Shown one piece after another: positions 10,324-20,900 of a stretch of 64,000 nt of DNA (its first letter is position 1; every line of letters starts with the position of its first letter). Position numbers and translations under genes: made by a program. Source of the stretch: Candidatus Poribacteria bacterium (GTDB lineage: Bacteria > Poribacteria > WGA-4E > PCPOR2b); assembly GCA_965215015.1 (NCBI GenBank), contig OZ244042.1, forward strand, positions 5,408,001 to 5,472,000, given 5' to 3'. The notes below the pieces were generated by a model. The model was not told where the DNA came from and searched no databases. It saw only the letters and a list, made by a program, of their open reading frames with translations.

Positions 10324-10695
10324 TCATTTAACTCCCCTCGTGATGTAACCCCTGGCACCGCAGGCGGGGGATTGAGGGGGGCGCAAGCAAGGAGACAATC
10401 CGTGTAGGAAATAGGACACGATTTTCGCAAGCGAAGTGCGTAAGTCCTAATTATTGTCCGAATCGCGGATTAAGCAGATGACGCAGATTGCGCGGCTGCT
10501 TGTCTGAATCAGGATATTCAGGATTGAAGGATTCATAGGATGGGCTCATGTAAAAAAATGATGCAAAGACACCGTAGGAAGGATACCAAGGACTATCGGG
10601 CTCAATCCGCTTTAGACAGTATAGAACATTACAAGAAGGCATGTTAAGGATTGAGCGAGGGCTATCGGCTTACAGAGGCCTCAATAGTATACAAT

Positions 10696-11145
10696 TGTCA
10701 GCATCAGGATTTACCCGATTTTATGATTCTCAGGATTGTTAGGTGCTGGCGTTTCTCTCCTGTTTATCCCTCCCTCCTGGAAACCCTGATTCAGCACACG
10801 GATTCAAAGACTGTCAGAATCAGGATTTACCCGATTTTATGATTCTCAGGATTGTTAGGTGCTGGCGTTTTTATCCTGTTTATCCCTCCAGCCCGGAAAC
10901 CCTGATTCAGCACACGAATTCAAAGACTGTCAGAATCAGGATTTACCCGATTTTATGATTCTGAGGCTTTTTAGATGCTGGCGTTTCTCTCCTGTTTATC
11001 CCTCCCTCCTGGAAACCCTGACTCAGCACACGAATTCAAAGACTGTCAGAATCAGGATTTACCCGATTTTATGATTCTCAGGATTGTTAGGTGCTGGCGT
11101 TTCTCTCCTGTTTATCCTTCCATCCTGGAAACCCTGATTCAGACA
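10696..11145. repeat. Four tandem 116-bp copies of a palindromic MITE-like element (TGTCAGAATCAGGATTT...AAACCCTGATTCAG)
   Basis: Unit starts at 10696, 10812, 10928 and 11044. Same family as the elements in 5005-6670 and 10500-10545. Confidence 0.93.
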
Positions 11146-11147
11146 TT

Positions 11148-11207
11148 AAGGAAGCAGGAGTTGCCTGGCTTGGAGAGATTCCGGAGCATTGGAAAGTCTT
11201 GAAAGTA
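11148..11207 (+). pseudogene. Type I RM specificity subunit (HsdS) conserved-repeat remnant
   Basis: Reads KEAGVAWLGEIPEHWKVLKV, matching the HsdS 'KDSGVEWLGEIPEHW' motif. It abuts the last repeat unit. Confidence 0.75.
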
Positions 11208-11239
11208 AGTCTCTCTTTAGAATACCTTAAAAAAACGTA

Positions 11240-12484
11240 TCAGACCCTCTCCAATGTAAACCGCATCCGATTAAATCGCCCCGCCAACGCAATCACCCGA
11301 TGCTCAACAGCTTTGAGATCATCTCCCTTCAACGCATCAACGATACAATCCGCGACCTCCGGCACATCTACCTCCATCATGCCGCGTCGAGTCACCTCTT
11401 GCACTCCAATCCGTAAGCCCTGCGCTCCCAGCTCCGGCGGAACACTCGCCGCACCGGCAATGATATTGCACGCCTCCAGCTGGTCTGCCATCGCCCTACC
11501 CTCACCAAATTCGTCAACAATCGGTATCAGTGTGTGCGATTCCGTGAAGCCAAGTTCCTCCCCAACAAGACGAATCCCCCGTTCATGTAAGGCCATTCCC
11601 AACGCCTTTGCGTTACTGATGATGGCGTCCGCATGTTCCCTACCACAAGCCAGCCATTCCAGAAATGTCCCCGCTAACGCCGGCAAACGACCGAGGTGGT
11701 GGTTACTCTCAAGCAAAGGGGCAACCGCAGGACCAATCCGTTCTGCAAGAGATTTGGTGTTTGTCAAGATTATCCCACCTTGCGGTCCAGCGAGGGTTTT
11801 ATGCGTGCTCGAAATAATCACATCCGCGCCTTCCTCTAACGGAGACTGAAACCGCCCGCCGGCGATAAGCCCCATGACATGGGCAGCGTCATAGATTAGG
11901 TACGAATCGGGTGTGTATCGGTTCATCGCTTCCCTCAGTTCACGCACCGGCTGCGGAAAAAGAAACACCCCCGACCCAATCGTTACCAGTTTGGGGTGAT
12001 GCTTTTGGATCAGCGCAATCGTCTGATCGAGATCAATGTTAGACCTAACACCATCCCACGGAATAGAGATAGATTCCAGCGATACCTTCAACGGGGACGA
12101 GGCTAACTTGTGTGCATATTGGTGCCCGTTATGAACCTCCAACGCAATATCGCCGGGGCACCCTAACGCGAAGGTAGCTGCAATGCCGGCAATGTTGCCG
12201 GAGAGCGGGCGGAGATCGACATACGCCGCGCCGAAGAGTTGCTTCGCCAGTTCCTGTGCCAGTTCCTCGATCTGGACGATGAACCGATTCCCTTGGTAAA
12301 GCCGTTCCCGTAGGTCAATGCCGGTGTAGTTCCCGTAACGCTGATCCAAATCTTCGACCAACAGCCCCTCCACCAACGGACTTGGAACATTTTCAGAGGC
12401 AATCAGATTTAGACAATTCCCTCGAAATGTGTTGTGCTGCTCCAATAGGAAGTTAATCTCTTTGACTTTTTCGTTAAAATCCAT
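11240..12484 (-). CDS. SHMT-superfamily PLP enzyme (atypical GlyA-like)
   Basis: 'LNLIASEN', 'YDAAHVMGLIAG' and the PLP lysine in 'STHKTLAGPQGG'. Confidence 0.85.
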   Translation of the reverse strand: MDFNEKVKEINFLLEQHNTFRGNCLNLIASENVPSPLVEGLLVEDLDQRYGNYTGIDLRERLYQGNRFIVQIEELAQELAKQLFGAAYVDLRPLSGNIAGIAATFALGCPGDIALEVHNGHQYAHKLASSPLKVSLESISIPWDGVRSNIDLDQTIALIQKHHPKLVTIGSGVFLFPQPVRELREAMNRYTPDSYLIYDAAHVMGLIAGGRFQSPLEEGADVIISSTHKTLAGPQGGIILTNTKSLAERIGPAVAPLLESNHHLGRLPALAGTFLEWLACGREHADAIISNAKALGMALHERGIRLVGEELGFTESHTLIPIVDEFGEGRAMADQLEACNIIAGAASVPPELGAQGLRIGVQEVTRRGMMEVDVPEVADCIVDALKGDDLKAVEHRVIALAGRFNRMRFTLERV

Positions 12485-12638
12485 AGAAACCTCGCTCTAG
12501 ACAAGCTTTCACTTCGTTCGGGAGCCGATTTGCCCCTATCGTTAAAAAATCACGCCTATAATCTTTGATGTGAGTTGGTGAGGTTGTCGTTTCCACATCG
12601 TTCAAGAATTAAGAAGTTGCAAACCAGCACTATTGGTT

Positions 12639-14006
12639 CTATAGTTGCCCCGATGTCACATCCCAATTTTCGAGTAGGGCTTGGTAGGTTGGGTCTTCAT
12701 AACGCGAAAGGAGGAAGGCCGGGGCATATTCGGGGAGTTCACTGCCAGTGATGTGGGCCGCCAATAACTCGCCTGCCGCTTGAGATGCCATAATACCGTA
12801 GCCTGACAGTCCCCCAATTACATACGTACCCTCAATCGGCAGGGGACCAATCAACGGTCGATTCTCCCGCGTCTTGCAATAATACCCACCATCGGCATAC
12901 GCTTGGCCTCCGTGACCAAAATACGCTGACAGACCGGGAATCATCCGGGCGAGACCGCGTATCAAGATTTCGGGGTAATCCGGATCGAACGTCGGGGGCC
13001 AAACCGGGGCGTGGGGTTCAATATCATACGTCCAAATGGCAAGAAGCACATGCGTATCGCCGTCCATGCGTGATCGGAAATGAACACCGGCAGGAAATTC
13101 ATCGAGCAGCCAACGAGTCTCGTCACCCGCTGCTAGCTTTTCGCGCTCTGCATCAGTCCAAGGTAGGTTAATTGGATCGCTCCAAAACAGCAGCGGTGTA
13201 TCCGTTGGCACTATACCCAATTCATCTCGGAGAGCAATCTTGCCGTGCAGCTCATTGAAAACAGGGAGGTCCACCCCTATCATCGCGCCAACCTCCTTGA
13301 GATAGGGGCCCGCGGCGATGACGAAGGTGCCAGTATTGATACAATCTCCGGATTGAAGGTGAATCCCTGCGACCTGATTGTCAGTGACCGTAACGCCTGT
13401 CACACGATCAGGGACGAGGCACACCCCGGCGTGTTGCGCCTCGGCTAATAACCATTTCCCCAGTTTTTGGGCGTCTAGCCAGCCTGCGCGGCGGACATGC
13501 AGTGCCGCTATCGCATCTTCCGCTACAAACGGAAACTGTTCCCGGACGAGATTTGGAGACAGAAGCAAATCTACGCCGACAGGTAAGCCCTCAAAGCCTT
13601 CGGACGGCGAGGGGATGTAAGGGGTAGGACCCGGATGCTCCCGAATCGGTCCTGCACCGAGGGCAGAGTTTTCAGCAGCAGCAGCCTTCATGACAGGAAT
13701 TTGATGGGCATCCGCCGTTAAGAAGACATAGCCGCGTCGGTTCATTTGGAAGCAGTTATCTGTCTCTTGTGCCAGCTCCTCTAACAGGTCAATAGAGCGA
13801 TTTACGAAACGCACCATCGTATCGCCGGGCCCAGGCCACCAGTTTCGATACGCCTCTGTCCCTTTATTGCTCGTGAGCGTCAACGGCTCCCTTTCATCAA
13901 CTAGGACGATATCCTTGACGCCACCTCGGACTGCTAGATGATATGCTGCGGCAATTCCAGCCATCCCCGCGCCGCAAATGACAATCTCTGAACTTATACT
14001 TGTCAA
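12639..14006 (-). CDS. FAD-dependent oxidoreductase (DAO/sarcosine oxidase family)
   Basis: 'ICGAGMAG' FAD motif; C-terminal 'RPLIGP...GLSGYGIMAS'. Confidence 0.88.
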   Translation of the reverse strand: MTSISSEIVICGAGMAGIAAAYHLAVRGGVKDIVLVDEREPLTLTSNKGTEAYRNWWPGPGDTMVRFVNRSIDLLEELAQETDNCFQMNRRGYVFLTADAHQIPVMKAAAAENSALGAGPIREHPGPTPYIPSPSEGFEGLPVGVDLLLSPNLVREQFPFVAEDAIAALHVRRAGWLDAQKLGKWLLAEAQHAGVCLVPDRVTGVTVTDNQVAGIHLQSGDCINTGTFVIAAGPYLKEVGAMIGVDLPVFNELHGKIALRDELGIVPTDTPLLFWSDPINLPWTDAEREKLAAGDETRWLLDEFPAGVHFRSRMDGDTHVLLAIWTYDIEPHAPVWPPTFDPDYPEILIRGLARMIPGLSAYFGHGGQAYADGGYYCKTRENRPLIGPLPIEGTYVIGGLSGYGIMASQAAGELLAAHITGSELPEYAPAFLLSRYEDPTYQALLENWDVTSGQL

Positions 14007-14975
14007 CCCTAAATCCCCTCTCCAGAGTCAGTGTTCGATCCTTGTACCCAAGCTCACAATTTATCCGAATCTAACATAGGGTATCTGATACAAAATGTCA
14101 AGCAAAAATTAAGGCACTCATCGGAAATCTCTTGTCCAGACCGTGTAGGTTCGTTGAACGGTTAAAGACAAAACCCTATTAAGCACAATAGAGATTCTGC
14201 CTTTCAACGACACCTGTTTTGTGAATTTCGACTGAGACCAATACCTGTAGGTCGGGCCTCTTGCCCAATCCTCGTGGCGCAGGTTTCCCAACTGCGATCA
14301 CCGGTTCGTAGTAGTGCAATTCATTGCACGTTACCTTTTTCCCCAATTCCGCGAGGATATTCGGTCGTTTGTTCATGCACTGCCTCCCACTATCTCTTTG
14401 AGCACAAAGGCTTTTCATGCCTGACCGGTTCAAATTTCAAGCCGAATTTCGTCGTATGCGTCGGTTTGAACTTGTAGGTCTTCATCGGAGTCGCTTTCAT
14501 TTCCATTTCATTTGGGGGTGAGCGACACTGATAAGCGGCGGCCTGAAAATCCCTCACCAAAGCCAAAACAAGTATACCCCATTTTGCGATTGTTAGGGAC
14601 TTGATAGCCTGATGGATTCAAGAGCCTAACAATCTGACAATTTCAACCGTTGTTTGACTGAATACCCTTTGCCAATCTGTATACCCGTCTTAAAAGACGG
14701 GGTTCTATCCACAGATTCTCTAAAAAAAATGAGCGATTGCGATCGACAAACCTTTCTATCGATACTATTATAATACAGGACTGGGTATTCAAAACCCTTT
14801 ACTTTACCATTAGCCTTTTCTGTTTTCAACAACGTTTTGGTGCATAATTGACCTAATGAATGACAAGAGGCCCAATAGGCAGAACGTTATCTTTTGCAGT
14901 AGCGTCTGTAAGATGTGAAAAGGGCTCCATCATTGTTAACCAACCTAAGATTAACTCACGTGAAAGGATTTTATT

Positions 14976-17900
14976 GTGATTAAACGATTAAACCAACGAA
15001 ATGTAAATTTTCAGAAATTAAGCGTATTTTTTGTTATCAGTTTGATGTTGTTTGTGGGGTTGTTTATTAACGAGGCAGCACCGCAAGGTTTGATATTTTC
15101 GGACCTGATGAGTTTCCAATTTTTCCCGGTCGGCGGGACCGATGAGGTGGCTCCACAGGAAGAGCGTATTCCACTAGACGCTATTGAGTATGGCTCCACT
15201 TACTGGATGAAAGCTTATTATACAACGCACAACGACGACGGTAAGCAAGGGTTTCGGTTGGACATCCCAGACGAGCTTGAGTTGGTGGACCCGAGAAACA
15301 CCCTGTCCATCCGGGTGCGTGCTTTCCACACAAGTTATAGCAACAGTGTACTTAGTTCAGGAACTCCTCCACCAAATGAAGTCTCTGGTTGGTTCCCGGG
15401 CGTGACTAACTATCTACAAAGATACACCCTAGCCAGGGATCACACCAATGTAGCTGCGGGTCCTAAAGTGCCTCCTTCTTTAGGCTATCCACCGGGTGAT
15501 GAAGGTGATGGGGTGATTTACGGCAATCCAAGCTATCATAAGGGCTGGTTCGCGGAGGTTCCCTATGCATATGAGATGAGTTATAGTGAGGATCCGCCTG
15601 ACCTAAGCGATCAGAATCAGAAGGGTGTATTCGTTAACGAAAATCGGATAACAATCAGACAATCCGCTGACGATTTGGAAGCTGTGGCTCAAAATCCAAG
15701 AAATAATGACCATAAAATGGATGCTCCGGTAGTAAGAGTTCACTACCTAATCACCTGTAAGGTACGTTTCCCTGCTGTCAAGCCCATTAGTACTACCTAT
15801 ACATTCAGCTACGAGGTCCAGACCGAAGATGACGGCTGGAGGCCGCTGAACACGACGTCCCTAAATGTACAAAATCTCCCGTCCCGCTTCCATCGTTTTG
15901 AGACTTCAACAACACCACCAGATGTTACGCACAACTCACGCCTCCTGATATTTGATCCCCAGAACCGTGCGCCCGTATATGGGCCTCATGGAAGTTCAGG
16001 GAAGCCCGATGATATGAGTGTGACCGAATATATTCACTCCAGGAGACAAACAGGCACCCCCAGTGATGCCAACTTTTATGTAACAGTCCGGGGCAGTGCA
16101 AGTGTACAAGTAGGTTGGGGTTTCCGAGAAGCGGCTGGTGATCCGCTTCCGGATATTACTGTTGCTACTGATGTGGATGTCGAGGAAAGCACGCTTCCGC
16201 TTGCTGCTGGCAGTCTTCGGAACGTTCTGAAATTTATCTACAGACCAACGGCTGATAACCTGTCTGGTGGACGCTTTCGGATAGCGTTTCCAGCCGGTGG
16301 TTGGAAGGTGTCTAACAAGTTTCTATCGGTCATCGATGGTGACACAGAAATATACGAAACGGATGGAGATGGCAACGTCTCAGCAGATAGTGATACGGAT
16401 AGGGTGACCTTTGAAGCGGACAAGCGGATAACCGTCGCCCTCGATTCGGCGTGGGGGCCCCAGCGGGGTGATAGAGACCTCATCATCCAATTTGGTGATG
16501 TAACGGCTCCGATTCCTCCTCGTCTGCCTGATACGGACAACGATGCTGGGGATCAGAACACCAATGTTGCGTATTTTACCTATCAATTCCTATACAGTGA
16601 GAGTACGAGGAACAGTGTGCTTGGTCCGTTACCCAGTCAGCCGGGTGTCAGGGTTGGCGATATTATAGGAGGGGGTACCGACCGTGACCCTCTCGAAAGA
16701 AAGCTGACAATTGAACCGGGGCGGGTATTTCCGGGTGAGACAGATACCGAATTCACTCTCACCTTCACAGCCCCTGGGCCGATGTACGATAGTAGCCTTC
16801 ACATACGTTATAGCGGCGGGGCAGCACATTTAGGACCACAGGACGCCCCCGTGCGTGAGGATTTTAAGGTGACAGGCAGGGGCCAGCCCAAACCCATACT
16901 AGGTAGTGAGACTGCACCTATCAATTTTTCAAATGTTGGTGGGGCTGCTTTACTACTAGATATCCCCATTATCAAGCTTGATACGGGTCAGCAAATTATC
17001 GTTTCGTATACTCGTGAGGCCGGGATTGGTGACGGGACGGATGCGGGGACTGACCCGTTTATCCTCCCGGAGATCACCGCGGACACCGTTATTGGGTCGA
17101 CGATCGCGAGGTACGTTAATAATGACGAGGATTGGGCTGCGGATATTGGGGCCGACGATGTAGAAGTCAGTGGTGGTGTGTGGGTTGCTGCGGCGGGTTC
17201 TGGTAAGTTGGACTTGTCTCCAGCGTCTGTAGAGGCGGGTTCTCAACGGAGAGATATCACCCTGACCTATACCGCCTATACCGACCTTGAGGGTATCACG
17301 TTAACGATTGAGCCGAAAGGCATTGTTATCGATGATGATACCCAGCAACTCCAAACCGACACCTCGACGGACTATGGGTATGTTTCGGGTTCTGAAGGGT
17401 TCGTGGTAAACGACGGGGATACCCTTGAGTGGTCCGGTCTCGACCTTGAAAAAGGGAAAACCGTGACCGCCAGAATCCGCAGGGTCAATATTCTCGCAGA
17501 AGCCGACGAGTATGAATGGGGTGTGATGGTTGACGGTGAGGAACTTGCCAATGACACTACCACCGACATTGATGATCGTCCGATCCTCTCGGTTGTGAAG
17601 ACCTCAGGCGATGCGGTTCGATTTGAAGTTGATGGCGAGGACACTTTCCGTGCCGGAAGTAAAGCAAAAATCAATTTCAAGTTTATAGCGGATTCGACCC
17701 CCATACGGGACGGCGAGGTGCGGTTGACCATCCCGTCCACTTTGGGCAGTCCACCAACCAAGGCAGACGCAACCGCCGGTGAGGTGGCCGTCGAGGGCGA
17801 TGCAGACAAGAGCGGGGGTGCCGGGGATATTGGTGCGGATCAGATAACCGTCTCCGGTCGCACCATCACCGTTGCAATCGGTCGGCTCGATGTCGGGGGC

Positions 17901-20900
17901 TCCGTCACGATTAAGTATGGTGCTGCCGATGATAGTCAAGCCGTCTTACATCATGTCGCCGGTGCAGTCCAAGTGTCCGGCACCTTTAGAACGTCATCGG
18001 GTGCCAGCACCCGGACCGCTGGGACCGCCACGGTCACGCTGAGCAACGTCGAAGACGGTACGGGGACAGCCGTGCTATCGCCGGGGACGATTGAGGCGGG
18101 TAGTAGCAATCGGGCGATTGAGGTCGTGTTCACCGCAGCCGGCACGATGGATGGCGGGGCTGTGAGCCTTGGAATTCCGGACGGTTGGGGGGCGATGCAG
18201 AACGATCCGACCCAGCGGAATTATGTGACGACGCGCGGGGCAGGGGTCTCCGCCGTGGAGATAACCGATCGCCACGCGATAGCGACCATCGATACGCTTT
18301 CCAAAGGGGGGAGTTTCCGATTTATCTACGGGGGTGGCACCGGTGCCGCTGTCGGTGCGGAGGTTCAGGACAATGTTGGCACCGCCCAGTTCGTGATTAA
18401 ATCCGATGGGGATGGCGACGGCGTTTTCGCTGCCCTTACCAGCGACTTGGAACACACCGGCCGGGAGCAGATAAGAAATCCGGACAAGACGCAGAAGATT
18501 TATAAAGATGCTGACGGTGTCTTACAAGTCAAAGTGACCAGCGCATTGGACGGGACGGGAACGGTTACATTGGATACCCCCTCAGTCCGTGCGGCGTCCG
18601 ACGATGTGAAATTGGTGTTTATCTACAAACCGAGTCAGACGATTGAAGATGGGGAGCTGAGATTCACCGTCCCGTCGAGCTGGAGTCAACCGCAGGTCGA
18701 AGAGGTCAGTCTGCCGGGGTATACTGAGGTGGATGGCGTGGGACTTGGCAGCGTCATGGACGATGATAAATTCTCTGTGACCGTGCCTATCTTCTCGCTT
18801 GACAAAGCCAATGAGATAACGATTACCTACGGTGCGACCGAGGCAGGGCGTGCGGTAGCTTCAGCCACGACCGGTGTTGATGCGTTTCGGTTTGCCGTTC
18901 AGGGCGGTGAAAGCGGGAACCTCGCACCGATTCGAACGCAGCCGACCGTCACAGTCAACCCGCAAGCCAGTGGTAAAGGCAAAGCGGTCATTGCCGTGAC
19001 CGATGGGGAGGGGACGCTTCATACCGGTGATACCGGCAGGGAGCTGACCGTCACCTACACCGCAGTGGGTCAAATGGTCGGGGGTAAGGTGCGCCTCGAG
19101 GTCCCCGCCGGTTGGTCTGCACCGACCGCGGAGACGGTGGCGATTACACCCGCAATCCCACCCACCTTTAGTGGTCAAATGGCTATCGTCGAAGGCGTCA
19201 ACTTGAGTGCCAACGGGACGGTGACCTTTGTCTATACAGGTGATGTGCAGCCCAAGGTGGGCACCGGTGTCGCCTTTGCCGTTGGAGTGGACGGGGGCGA
19301 TGCAGCCGATAAGTTTGACAATGTCTCCGGCGATGAGACCATGCTGACCGTCGATGTTGACGAGGCGAGACAGGGTGCCGGTTCGGGTGAGGTCACACCG
19401 AGAATTGTAGACGCCGGGGCGACAGGCGTGAACCTGACCTTTACCTACACCGCCGTAGGCATCATCAACGCGCCACGGGAATTCCGGGTGCAGGTGCCCA
19501 TCGGTTGGACGGCGCCGAGCAGTGCGGCGATGGACCCTGAAAATAAGGGAACCTACACCGTTGCACACCGGCATATGGGGGTTGCGACGACGGTGAGTGT
19601 CGAGAAACTGGCACCGGTCGGCCGAGACATGGTTGCGCGTGTGAAATTGGGCGGGCTTGAGGTCGAAGCGGGAGATGAAATTATCTTCACCTACCACAAT
19701 GCCGACGCCCCTGCCAACCGTGAGGTCTCTGAATTCGTGATGCTGTTTGATGGTCGACAGGTAGGTTCCAATGTGTCGGTCCGCGTCCAAGCCTCGACGC
19801 CGAGCCAACTCACACTGAGCAGTGCAGGCACCGTTTCAGCCGACGACGGTGCGATGCCGTTAGGTATCACGGTCGGATTGAGAGATGCCGATGGGCATGA
19901 GGTCGCGATGGCGTCCGATGTGGCGGTCACCCTGACCTCCAGCTCCGCAGGCACCTTCTCTGAGCTCGCTGAAGGGACGGGAACCGAGAGCATCACCGTG
20001 ACCGTTGCAGGCGGCGACGTCTCAGCGATGGTCTACTATCAAGATTCGACACCCGGTATCGCAACGATTACCGCGACAGCACCGGGACTGACGATGGCGA
20101 GCCAGCCGGTCACGGTCACCACCTCTGTGGTAGCCATTACCGAAGGCAGCGTCACGATTGAACCGGCACTGGCTATGGCTGGCGATACCGTCACCGTTAG
20201 CGCGATGGGGACAGCCGGTCGAACCGTGATGTTCTCCGTCGGTTCCATTGTCACCGACCGGTCGATGGCAGAAGTATCGAGCGGTGCCTACAGCGGGTCG
20301 TTTACCGTCGTTGCCGATCAGCACGCCGATGGGATGTATGATGTGTCGGTCAGTCTGAATGGTCAAGGTGCGATGGTGTCCAATGCGTTGACACTTGACA
20401 GCACAATGCCGACCGTGATGGCGATGGCAGCGCCTGATACCGTTGCCAACGGTGAGCCGGTGGAAATCTCTGCGACCGTCTCCGACGCGAGCAGCATCAC
20501 CTCCGTGATGGCGGATGTCTCCATGTTAGACACCACCCAAACCGATGCGGTCAGTCTGACGATGGGTGCCGATGGGTCGTATAGTGCCTCGGTCGTTGTC
20601 AGTGAAGATAACACAGCCATCAACGGGGCCAAAACCATCACCGTAACCGCTATCGACGCCGCCGGCAACAGCGGCAGCGGCACGGCGATGGTTACGTTGG
20701 ACAACATGCTGTCCTACACCTCAACGATACCGGCGGGGACGAGCCTGTTCCACGTCCCATTGGCAGTTGAGGGCCTCAACACAGTAGGCGACCTCCGAGA
20801 GATGCTCGGCAGCGACGCCAATCTGCTGATTGTCTATGATAGTGCCACCGATTTATGGAATAGTCGGAGCGACGATGTCCCGATTACCCCAGACCTGGGT

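Noticed and set aside
11091-11849. 252-aa plus-strand ORF
   Set aside because: It is a chimera of repeat DNA, a 20-codon HsdS remnant and antisense of the SHMT-like gene.
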